A DNA stretch of 64,000 bases. Source: Eubacteriales bacterium. GTDB taxonomy: Bacteria; Bacillota; Clostridia; Oscillospirales; CAG-272. The notes below the pieces were generated by a model. It saw only the letters and a list, made by a program, of their open reading frames with translations, had not been told where the DNA came from and did no database searches. Below are positions 46,217-54,652 of this stretch, in pieces. Position 1 is the first letter of the stretch. Every line of letters begins with the position of its first letter. The stretch covers positions 552-64,551 of the forward strand of contig JAZRIF010000156.1 of assembly GCA_045645165.1 (NCBI GenBank), read 5' to 3'. Position numbers and translations under genes: made by a program.

Positions 46217-47578
46217 ATGGATATTTCTGTGAGCTCGACTCTTTCCTTCAGTAAGGTCTATAACTTTCGCGATCCCGATGCTCGCGGACGAGTTTGTGTC
46301 CTGATCTACACCGTTGTGGAGTATTTTTTGGTTTACATCACTTCGGGTATTTTTTACACCCAGTTTTTACAAAGCTACAGTGTGGATATCACGGGCGTGG
46401 GAATTCTAAATTTCGTCCCCTTCCTAGCCTCCATGTTCGTGTTCTTCACTCCGGGACTCCTCAACCGCTTTCCCAAAAGACGGTGGCTCCTCGCGGTCTG
46501 TAAATTCATGTACTACCTTCTCAACGTGGCGGGACTGACTCTGCTCCCTGCGCTGATTGAGGATTACACTTTGCTTCTGGGGTGCATGATTGTGATTTCT
46601 TTTTTGGCATCCCTCTTTAACGTTATCGCCACGGCGGGCTACGCTGCTTGGCATATTCGTTTCCAGCCGGAAGAGGTGCGTGCCTACCATATGACTGTCA
46701 GTCAGTTTTTTAATGCCATTGTGTCGGGCATTCTCATGCTCTGCGCTGGTTGGCTTTGTGATAACCTCCCTGAATGGTTCATTTTGGCACTGCGCTATTT
46801 TGCCTTCGGTTTGGGTGTTATCAATGTAGTTTTCTTGCTATTACCCCGTGAAGTGGAGTATCCTGTTGTCCGTTCCCCACGCTTTACGGACATCATCTCC
46901 ATTCCTATTCGCAACAAGAAGTTCATGCGCACCATGCTCATTGTATTCCTGTGGCAGTTTTCCATGTACTGTTACTCATCCCAGCTCAACTACTACCTGT
47001 TGGACACGATCGGCATGACCCAGACCTTTTACAATATTATCATCTTTCTCTACGGCCCATTCTTTATGCTCTTCATGAGCTTCTGGCGAAAGAGGATTGA
47101 GAGAACATCTTGGTTTAAGGTGTTTGCCTACGCCTTGGCTCTCGTTGCTCCCTTGCAGATCGTCTATGGCTTTGTTCAGCCAGGGGATTTCACTGTCACA
47201 TTAGGTTCTCTGGCTTTGACCATCCCTCTGTACGTTCCTCTTGCGCTGATCGTTCGTTTGCCCCAACATTTCGGCGGCGTGGGACATAATGTAGCCTTCG
47301 CTAACTTCCAGTACATCAATATGCCCCTAACGAATCGGGACGCGTTTACCTCCTTCTATCAGATCGTCTTCAATCTCGGGTCTCTGGCCGGTATGCTCTT
47401 CGGTATCGTGTTCACCGAGATGACTGAGGACTTTTCTTTCACCGCCTTTGGGTACACTTACCAAACAGGGACACCTCTCTTGACTATGATCTGTGGTGTT
47501 GTGCAGTTCATCATTGTGGCCTATGTACTGATCGGGCGCAAGAGGCTAGAACCCGATGCGGATGCGGAGCACGCTTGA
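46217..47578 (+). CDS. MFS-type (possibly glycoside/cation symporter-like) transporter
   Basis: About 12 hydrophobic segments throughout. The start is uncertain (ATG 46217 versus GTG 46181), and the RBS is weak. Confidence 0.65.
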   Translation: MDISVSSTLSFSKVYNFRDPDARGRVCVLIYTVVEYFLVYITSGIFYTQFLQSYSVDITGVGILNFVPFLASMFVFFTPGLLNRFPKRRWLLAVCKFMYYLLNVAGLTLLPALIEDYTLLLGCMIVISFLASLFNVIATAGYAAWHIRFQPEEVRAYHMTVSQFFNAIVSGILMLCAGWLCDNLPEWFILALRYFAFGLGVINVVFLLLPREVEYPVVRSPRFTDIISIPIRNKKFMRTMLIVFLWQFSMYCYSSQLNYYLLDTIGMTQTFYNIIIFLYGPFFMLFMSFWRKRIERTSWFKVFAYALALVAPLQIVYGFVQPGDFTVTLGSLALTIPLYVPLALIVRLPQHFGGVGHNVAFANFQYINMPLTNRDAFTSFYQIVFNLGSLAGMLFGIVFTEMTEDFSFTAFGYTYQTGTPLLTMICGVVQFIIVAYVLIGRKRLEPDADAEHA

Positions 47579-47743
47579 TTTTTTTGGCAAAAGCACTCGG
47601 ATTTTGGGGGCTTTCAACTTCGATGTAATACATGAAATTTGAGTCAGGAATGCGATTCGCCGCTCATTTTTCGTCTTTTTGCCATTGAATCGCAGAATTT
47701 AATGTTGGGAACTCATGTTCGGTTCCCTGAAAGGAGCGCTACC

Positions 47744-49216
47744 ATGAAACAAACGAAAAGACTCCTTTGTATGATCCTTGCCCTACTGATGCTGGTCCTG
47801 CCGTTGACTGCTTGCGGAGGTCAGACTGACGATCCTGTTGTGAGTGATACTGTCGATGGCACCGTAACTAGTGAGGTCGAGACTGTCGACCCCGTCGAGG
47901 ATGCCCTAACCGCTCTCCGCGGGGAGGTGGACTGGCAAGGGGGGGATATCGGAATGCTCTACATCAATATGTTTGGTTATCCCGAGGAAGTAGAGGCTGT
48001 AGCCAATACAGGAGACAGTACCGGAAGCGGCGTGATCAACGATGCGGTCTGGGAGAGAAATACGCTCTTCGAGGAGTATGGCAACCTTAATTTCGTTCTA
48101 ATCCCTATTGATACCGATAATGCATCAGGACATGTTCAAAGGGAAGTACAGGCCGGTACGGGGGATTTCCAGCTCGTTACTCAACCTACCGGTTATACAG
48201 CAGGATTGGCTACTACAGGCGTACTTTATAACTACTTGAATCTGGATATCGATTATGACGTTGAATGGTGGGACGCAGGCACGCTGGATTTTGCCCTGGA
48301 CGGACGTGTGTTCTTCATGAATGGTCCCTTTAATTTTGTGGACGACGATGTCACCTACCTCATGACTTTTAACAAAAAACTCCACAACGACTATAATCTT
48401 GCAAATCCTTATGATCTGGTACGTAGCGGTGACTGGACTATGGAAACATTCCTTTCCACCGTAAAGGGGTTGTCTACCGATAATGGAGACGGTGTGTGGA
48501 ATGATGAGGATACCTATGCTTTGGCTTCATCGGGCTCCTGGGATACCTTCTTCTACGCAGCAGATCTGAAATTTGTCAATAGTAGCCGAGAGCTGGAACA
48601 TCCCGAGTTGGCAATGGATGAGTCGGATTTGGAACGGGCGCTCAACCTGCTGGAGTGGACCCGCACGCTATTCCATAACGACAATATCAAATATCAAGGT
48701 CCCGAGGCAACAAACATTTTTGTGGATAACCGTGCCTTCTATTTCATGGAGGTGGCCAGTTTGCTTCGTAGCTTGAACGCTCAGATGGAGGAGGAATATG
48801 GTGTTATTCCCGCCCCCAAGTACGACAAGAACCAGAAACATCACACCGCTTGGAGCCATGATATCGGTTCAACCCTTTCCATGCCAACCACAGTGGGTGA
48901 GCTTGACAACGATGCTTTTTCCCGTGTGCTGGAGCTCTACGTGGTTCTGTCCCAGAAACTCGTCCGCCCTGCTTACTATGATACCATGCTGACTACGAGA
49001 AATGTCCGTGACTCTGATTCTGCTGAAATGCTCCATTTGATATTCAGCCACCGTATTTATGACATGGCTGTATATTTTGGCGAGTTAGGTTTCCGAGAGC
49101 TGTTCAGTATATCGGTAGGCGGTGCGAACAAGTTTTCCTCCGGTTATAACCGCGCTGCCTCCGGTTTTGACAAGCGTGTGGAAAAGATCCTTAAGCAACT
49201 GAATGAAGCGGAATAA
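47744..49216 (+). CDS. Lipoprotein, ABC-type extracellular solute-binding protein-like (orphan: no permease or ATPase genes nearby)
   Basis: The ATG at 47744 follows AAAGGAG. Signal peptide plus lipobox (LPLTACGG). The size and sequence style match large family-1 sugar SBPs, which is a recollection and not verified. Confidence 0.55.
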   Translation: MKQTKRLLCMILALLMLVLPLTACGGQTDDPVVSDTVDGTVTSEVETVDPVEDALTALRGEVDWQGGDIGMLYINMFGYPEEVEAVANTGDSTGSGVINDAVWERNTLFEEYGNLNFVLIPIDTDNASGHVQREVQAGTGDFQLVTQPTGYTAGLATTGVLYNYLNLDIDYDVEWWDAGTLDFALDGRVFFMNGPFNFVDDDVTYLMTFNKKLHNDYNLANPYDLVRSGDWTMETFLSTVKGLSTDNGDGVWNDEDTYALASSGSWDTFFYAADLKFVNSSRELEHPELAMDESDLERALNLLEWTRTLFHNDNIKYQGPEATNIFVDNRAFYFMEVASLLRSLNAQMEEEYGVIPAPKYDKNQKHHTAWSHDIGSTLSMPTTVGELDNDAFSRVLELYVVLSQKLVRPAYYDTMLTTRNVRDSDSAEMLHLIFSHRIYDMAVYFGELGFRELFSISVGGANKFSSGYNRAASGFDKRVEKILKQLNEAE

Positions 49217-49346
49217 ACCTTATGCGTTGTGATGCTTGAAAACTAGGTTAGAGTTTAACAAATGATTACGGTTCAACGGTTCACTAAATAAATGAGCAGA
49301 CATATGGTAAACAAATTCGATTTGTTTCAGAAGAAAGGATAAAGAA

Positions 49347-51647
49347 ATGAAGAAAATATTTGCTCTCGTATTAACAGTATTCTTATTGGCAGGTATGTTT
49401 TTGATTCTGGCAGTAGCTGATGAATCCGCAGACGAACAATTCATCACGATTTTTGAAGAGAATTTTGAAGATTACGAAAACAATGTCAATGTCAGCTCCA
49501 CATTGATGCCCAACTTTTTCGTATGCGACTATAATGCCATTGGCGACGGTGTCATCCACGTGCAGGAAACCGCCAATGGCAACCTGCATTTGAAATCCCA
49601 TGTCTTTACCCAGATCTATTCCGCCACTCCAATTGTGGGTGCCTATGAGTTCTCGCTGGACATTCTTGAGGCACAAGGCCTGGTGCAGACCGGTGTATTC
49701 ATCCGCGCGCCCAAAACAGATGCGGTATTTTACGAGGCAGACGGCCACCCCGATACCTCTACAGGCCAGGCGGGATTGTTCCTCTACGTTCGTGATGCCA
49801 TTCTTGGTGTCAATGTTAAAACCTACGACGAAAATGCTTCGAGTACTGCGTTCCTTCAAAACAACACTGTGGAATTCTCTTTGCCGGAGGGTGTTACATA
49901 TCCATATACGATCCGTGCGGTAGATACCGGCGCGGAGATTACCCTGCATGTCAACGATACCTTGATTTGCAGCGTGACCTTCTCGGATCCCGGCAAGGTA
50001 TACAGTAACCACCAGTCCAAAGGCAAGTTCTTCGGTACAGCCAAACTCTTCGATGCCGAGGGCAAGGAGCTGGCAACCTATACCGACCCTCTGTTGTCCA
50101 GTGATGCCTCTTACATCGGTTGGACGACTCGCGCTGCTGATATGCGCGTAGACAATATTTCCGTTAAGGCTGAGGCGGCTTATCAGACCTTGCTGGCTAT
50201 AGGCAAACTTCCTACGGAGGTAACGGAGAATAACGTGAGCGAGGCTAAAGAGTTGGCTGAAATTGCTCGTGAACTGTATAATGCTCTACCAGAGGAAAAG
50301 AAAGCCCTGGTGAACAATTACAGCAAGCTTACTGCTGCTGAGGAATCGATCGATGCCATTGAGAACGCCACCGAACCCGAGACCGATGAATCCACAGACA
50401 AACAATTTATTACGATTTTTGAAGAGGATTTTGAAGAGTACGAAAAAGATGTCAATGTCAGTTCCACTTTGATGCCTAACTTTTTCGTGTGCGACTATAA
50501 TGCCATTGGTGACGGTGTTATCCATGTGCAGGAAGCCGCCAACGGTAACTTGCATTTGAAATCCCATGTCTTTACCCAGATCTATTCCGCTACTCCCATT
50601 GTAGGCGCCTATGAGTTCTCGCTGGATATTCATGAGGCACAAGGTCTGGTACAGACCGGCGTATTCATCCGCGCACCCAAGACCAACTCGGCTTACTACG
50701 AGGCTGATGGTCACCCCGATACCTCCACGGGTCAGGCGGGATTGTTCCTATATGTTCGTGATGCCAATCTTGGGGTCAATATTAAAACATATGACGAGAA
50801 CGCAAGCGGAACTTCTTATTTGCAGAATAATACAATCAACTTCTCTCTCCCTGAGGGAGTTACCTATCCTTACACTATCCGCGTGGAGGATACCGTCTCT
50901 GAAATTCGCATATATGTGAACGACACATTGATCTGCCAGGTAACCCTATCGGATCCCGGCAAGGTCTACGGTAGCCACCAGTCCGAGGGCAAGTTCTTCG
51001 GTACAGCCAAACTCTACGATGCCGAGGGCAAGGAGCTGGCGACTTATACTGATCCTCTGTTGTCCAGCGACGCATCCTACATCGGTTGGACGACCCGTGC
51101 TGCTGATATGCGCGTAGACAATATTACTGTTATGGCTGAGGCTGCTTATCAGACCTTGCTGGCTATAGGCAAGCTTCCCACAAAGGTAACGGAGAAGAAT
51201 GTGATTGAGGCTAAGGAATTGGCTGAAATTGCTCGCGAACTGTATGATGCTTTGCCCGAGGAAAAAAAGGTGTTGGTGAACAATTACAGTAAGCTTACTG
51301 CTGCCGAGGAATCGATCGATGCCATTGAGAATGCCACCGAGCCCGAGACCGATCCTGTTACCGAACCGGAGACCGATCCCGTTACTGAACCCGAGACAGA
51401 CCCCGAGACTGATCCCGTTACCGAACCCGAAACTCAGCCTGAAACCGAACCTGAGTCCAACGCCCCTAACGGCGATACCACCAATGCACCCGAATCCGAG
51501 GCGAACACGGATAAGTTATCCGACGACACCAGCAAGTCTAATGACAAGGATGTTGATAATTCTCTGATCACCTGGATCCTCATCGCCATTATGATCGTGG
51601 CTGTTCTGTGTGCGGCAGGCTTTATTGTCATTAAGGTCAGAAAGTGA
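49347..51647 (+). CDS. Cell-surface protein with two near-identical ~322-aa modules (jelly-roll/LamG-like domain plus helical domain), a PETD-repeat linker and a C-terminal TM anchor
   Basis: Signal peptide, an internal tandem duplication, EPETDPVT repeats, and a C-terminal ...LITWILIAIMIVAVLCAAGFIVIKVRK. Confidence 0.8.
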   Translation: MKKIFALVLTVFLLAGMFLILAVADESADEQFITIFEENFEDYENNVNVSSTLMPNFFVCDYNAIGDGVIHVQETANGNLHLKSHVFTQIYSATPIVGAYEFSLDILEAQGLVQTGVFIRAPKTDAVFYEADGHPDTSTGQAGLFLYVRDAILGVNVKTYDENASSTAFLQNNTVEFSLPEGVTYPYTIRAVDTGAEITLHVNDTLICSVTFSDPGKVYSNHQSKGKFFGTAKLFDAEGKELATYTDPLLSSDASYIGWTTRAADMRVDNISVKAEAAYQTLLAIGKLPTEVTENNVSEAKELAEIARELYNALPEEKKALVNNYSKLTAAEESIDAIENATEPETDESTDKQFITIFEEDFEEYEKDVNVSSTLMPNFFVCDYNAIGDGVIHVQEAANGNLHLKSHVFTQIYSATPIVGAYEFSLDIHEAQGLVQTGVFIRAPKTNSAYYEADGHPDTSTGQAGLFLYVRDANLGVNIKTYDENASGTSYLQNNTINFSLPEGVTYPYTIRVEDTVSEIRIYVNDTLICQVTLSDPGKVYGSHQSEGKFFGTAKLYDAEGKELATYTDPLLSSDASYIGWTTRAADMRVDNITVMAEAAYQTLLAIGKLPTKVTEKNVIEAKELAEIARELYDALPEEKKVLVNNYSKLTAAEESIDAIENATEPETDPVTEPETDPVTEPETDPETDPVTEPETQPETEPESNAPNGDTTNAPESEANTDKLSDDTSKSNDKDVDNSLITWILIAIMIVAVLCAAGFIVIKVRK
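49437..51368 (+). repeat. In-frame tandem duplication, 2 x 966 nt
   Basis: An identical offset of 966 nt holds at three anchors: CAATT[CT]AT[CT]ACGATTTTTGAAGAG at 49437/50403, TGTCTTTACCCAGATCTATTCCGC at 49601/50567, and GAGGAATCGATCGATGCCATTGAGAA at 50340/51306. Confidence 0.9.
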
Positions 51648-51654
51648 GTTCGCC

Positions 51655-54564
51655 ATGACCGTTACAAAGAAGCACGTAAAGTATAGATGGGTGGCACTGG
51701 GACTGCTGCTGGCAGTTTTGGTCACTTCTTTCCCCCTCATGGCATTGGCCGACGGGAGCAGCACCCTGAATGCTTTGGATATTACGTCCGATGATCGAGC
51801 TTATGATTGGGTGACCCATGGCAAAACGACTTACACTTACGACTTTTCTGCAACTGATATCACTGTTTACTCAAAAGACGAAGCGTTGGCTACCTCCTCC
51901 TTGCGTACCAACATGATTTTCGACGGCCATACCCTGTCCTGCAAGGAGGGGAAAACCTTCTCCTTCGGTTCATCGATCTTCTTGGGTGACGATTATGGCC
52001 TCTACGGTGGCGAGATGTCGGTGGATGCGGTTGTCACGGGAGGGAAGGTATCCATCGGTACCCGCCTCTCCCGCACCGCCACCGATGCTAAGCACCGTGG
52101 TATCTGGTTTAGCTTCGATGGAACTGATACAGTAACGGTTTCTGAGCCCGAAAGCCGTTTGTCCGCTGCTGTCAAGGCAAGCAAGCCCGCTTCGGTGGGA
52201 AAACTCACAGTTAAGGACAAGGCTTCGGTCATTGAGCTGTATCTGGACGGGACTCTGCTCTGCTCGGTTGCCTACAATAGCTACACAGGAGGCATCGCAA
52301 TACTGGATGCACATGGGAACACCCTTGCCTCCAAGGATTCTACTGACGTTCGTCCTGCAGGCTATTTCACCATCTATGCTGATAAGATGGCAGGTCACAT
52401 CGATAACGTGACTTTTGAGCATAACGATCTGACAGTGGAAAAGACAGACGCGAAGGGCTTCTCTATCGACTACACTACCTGGGTCGCTACCGACGACCGC
52501 GACCGTACCACCCCCACGGGCATTGATATCCGCGAAGAGAAGCAAGTCGGTCTATTCTATTTTCTTAATCGCGGTTTCCACGACACAGAGGATATACTGG
52601 ACAACACACGCATTTTCTTGGAAAACGACCTGGAAGGCCTTAACGAGCACTTGACAACTCCCGGTCATAGCGGCGGCTACTTTTGGGCTGAACCTTACTT
52701 TGGTTACTACAAAAGCAACAGCGAGTGGGTCTTCCGTAAGCATGCCTACCAGCTTGAGGCTGCCGGTGTAGATTTCATTTTTCTGGACTTCACTAATGGT
52801 GCCTACTATCCCCAAGAACTCCAAGTTCTGCTGGATACCTGGCTGGAAATGCGCCGCGAGGGTACCGATACTCCTGATATCTGTGTTTTTAGCGGTATCA
52901 GCTATAGTGCTGTTATGAGTGCTCTACAAGGTTCCGTGTACTCTGAAGAGGGGTTTGACAAGTACGGTGAGCTCTACTACCAGTATCAGGGTAAGCCTTT
53001 GACGCTGGTCAATGAATTTCCCCTAACGGCTCCCTCGTCGGAACTGGAGAAATGGATGTCCGACTCTTTCACCCTCCGCAATTGCTGGGCGTGGACGGAC
53101 GAAGATGGTAGCTGGAATTGGTTGCAAGAATACGCACAGCGCAAGGAAACCATCCGCTACACTCTTGGCGGTCCCGGTCGTGACATAAATGGTAACTTTG
53201 AGCAGTTGGCTCTCTGTATGGGTCACCATCCTACCACCTCCAAGGGGCGTTCCTATGACGGCATCAAGATTACCCGTTGTCCCGAGAATGACTATGGCTT
53301 CTCTATGGATTCCGGTGCAGGCTTGGGCTTCGCTGCCCAGTTTGAGGCGATCATGCACTACGATCCTAACATGGTCATGATCACAGGATGGAACGAGTGG
53401 ACGGCAGGGTTGGATCATACCAGCTCGGGGTACGACACCTTTGCTGGCTCTACCGATTTGGGTTTCCAGTTTGTGGATCAGTTCAACACCGAATTCTCAC
53501 GTGACGGAGAGCCCATGAAACTCCGTCAGGGTGAGGAGTCTGTTGGATACGGCGACAACTACTATTACCAGATGGTTGGCTACATCCGCCAATACAAAGG
53601 GACGGGAGCAGTCACCCAGGCCTCGGGACAGGTATCCATTGATCTTTCCAATCATACCGTGTGGGATAATGTAGGCCCTGTATACGGCGACAACGTGTGC
53701 GATGTGGAGTGGCGTAATGAGACCGGTACATTCGCCAATCTCACCTATGTCAATAACACTGGTCGAAACGATCTTGTGACCTCTAAGGTTTCCCAGGATA
53801 GCGAGTACCTTTACTTTGCTGTCACTACCGCTGAAGATCTCATCATCGACGACGGTCAGAACTGGATGAATCTCTATGTAGATATCGATAATAATCCCAC
53901 TACAGGCTGGGAGGGCTTTGACCTCGCCCTTAACCGACACCGCGATGGTCACTATGTTTCGGTGGAATCCATGGCTGGCGGTTGGGCAGGTGCCCATATC
54001 GCGCAGGCGCTCTATACCGTGACTGGCAATCAAATGGTGATCCGTCTTTCCAAGGACGCTGTAGGCATCAGCGGGCACGTCTCCACCCTTTGCTTCAAGT
54101 GGGCGGATAACTCCACCCTAACAGGCAATATCATGGAATTCATGGATTTGGGCGACACCGCCCCCAATGATCGTTTCTCCTATATGTATGTCTGCCCCGA
54201 AGGTGAAGGAAACGCTGAGGTAACTACAGGTACTTATACTCTATTGACTGCCGATGGCTCTGCTGTGGACACTCGCGACGAATCCAATGCGCTCCCCGGC
54301 TTTGAGGATACCAATAAACCTACGAACGACACGAACACTCCTGATACAAATACTACGGACACGAACATTCCCGACACGAACTCTCCGAATGAACCCTCAA
54401 CTAAGGGTGAGACCGCCGAGACACCGGATGTTTCCAACAAGCCTGTGGAGCAGGAGTATCCAATCGAACTTAAGATAACAATTGTTCTTACAGGCGTTGT
54501 ATTGGGTGTGTGTTGTTTCGCTTGTATCGTAGTAGCGGATTTTGTCAAGAAAAAGAAAAAGTGA
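51655..54564 (+). CDS. Cell-surface putative glycoside hydrolase (N-terminal jelly-roll module, central TIM-barrel-like region with a GWNEW motif, beta-sandwich, DTN-repeat linker, C-terminal TM anchor)
   Basis: I prefer the ATG at 51655. Signal peptide. Motifs FIFLDFTNG and MITGWNEWTAG. C-terminus ...VLGVCCFACIVVADFVKKKKK. The family is not assignable by eye. Confidence 0.6.
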   Translation: MTVTKKHVKYRWVALGLLLAVLVTSFPLMALADGSSTLNALDITSDDRAYDWVTHGKTTYTYDFSATDITVYSKDEALATSSLRTNMIFDGHTLSCKEGKTFSFGSSIFLGDDYGLYGGEMSVDAVVTGGKVSIGTRLSRTATDAKHRGIWFSFDGTDTVTVSEPESRLSAAVKASKPASVGKLTVKDKASVIELYLDGTLLCSVAYNSYTGGIAILDAHGNTLASKDSTDVRPAGYFTIYADKMAGHIDNVTFEHNDLTVEKTDAKGFSIDYTTWVATDDRDRTTPTGIDIREEKQVGLFYFLNRGFHDTEDILDNTRIFLENDLEGLNEHLTTPGHSGGYFWAEPYFGYYKSNSEWVFRKHAYQLEAAGVDFIFLDFTNGAYYPQELQVLLDTWLEMRREGTDTPDICVFSGISYSAVMSALQGSVYSEEGFDKYGELYYQYQGKPLTLVNEFPLTAPSSELEKWMSDSFTLRNCWAWTDEDGSWNWLQEYAQRKETIRYTLGGPGRDINGNFEQLALCMGHHPTTSKGRSYDGIKITRCPENDYGFSMDSGAGLGFAAQFEAIMHYDPNMVMITGWNEWTAGLDHTSSGYDTFAGSTDLGFQFVDQFNTEFSRDGEPMKLRQGEESVGYGDNYYYQMVGYIRQYKGTGAVTQASGQVSIDLSNHTVWDNVGPVYGDNVCDVEWRNETGTFANLTYVNNTGRNDLVTSKVSQDSEYLYFAVTTAEDLIIDDGQNWMNLYVDIDNNPTTGWEGFDLALNRHRDGHYVSVESMAGGWAGAHIAQALYTVTGNQMVIRLSKDAVGISGHVSTLCFKWADNSTLTGNIMEFMDLGDTAPNDRFSYMYVCPEGEGNAEVTTGTYTLLTADGSAVDTRDESNALPGFEDTNKPTNDTNTPDTNTTDTNIPDTNSPNEPSTKGETAETPDVSNKPVEQEYPIELKITIVLTGVVLGVCCFACIVVADFVKKKKK

Positions 54565-54652
54565 ATGTTTTGAGAAACATCTTCTATTTCTGTGATATTC
54601 ACTTTGAATTTCGGAGTTAAGCCAAAGGATTATTCCTGATTGGAGAACGAAA

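Noticed and set aside
51337-51470. Short periodic repeats (24-nt EPETDPVT units; also DTN units at about 54300-54400 and EETT units at about 25290-25440) that could be mistaken for a CRISPR-like or VNTR array.
   Set aside because: They are in frame inside long ORFs and encode Pro/Thr/Glu/Asp-rich linkers. There are no unique spacers of constant length.
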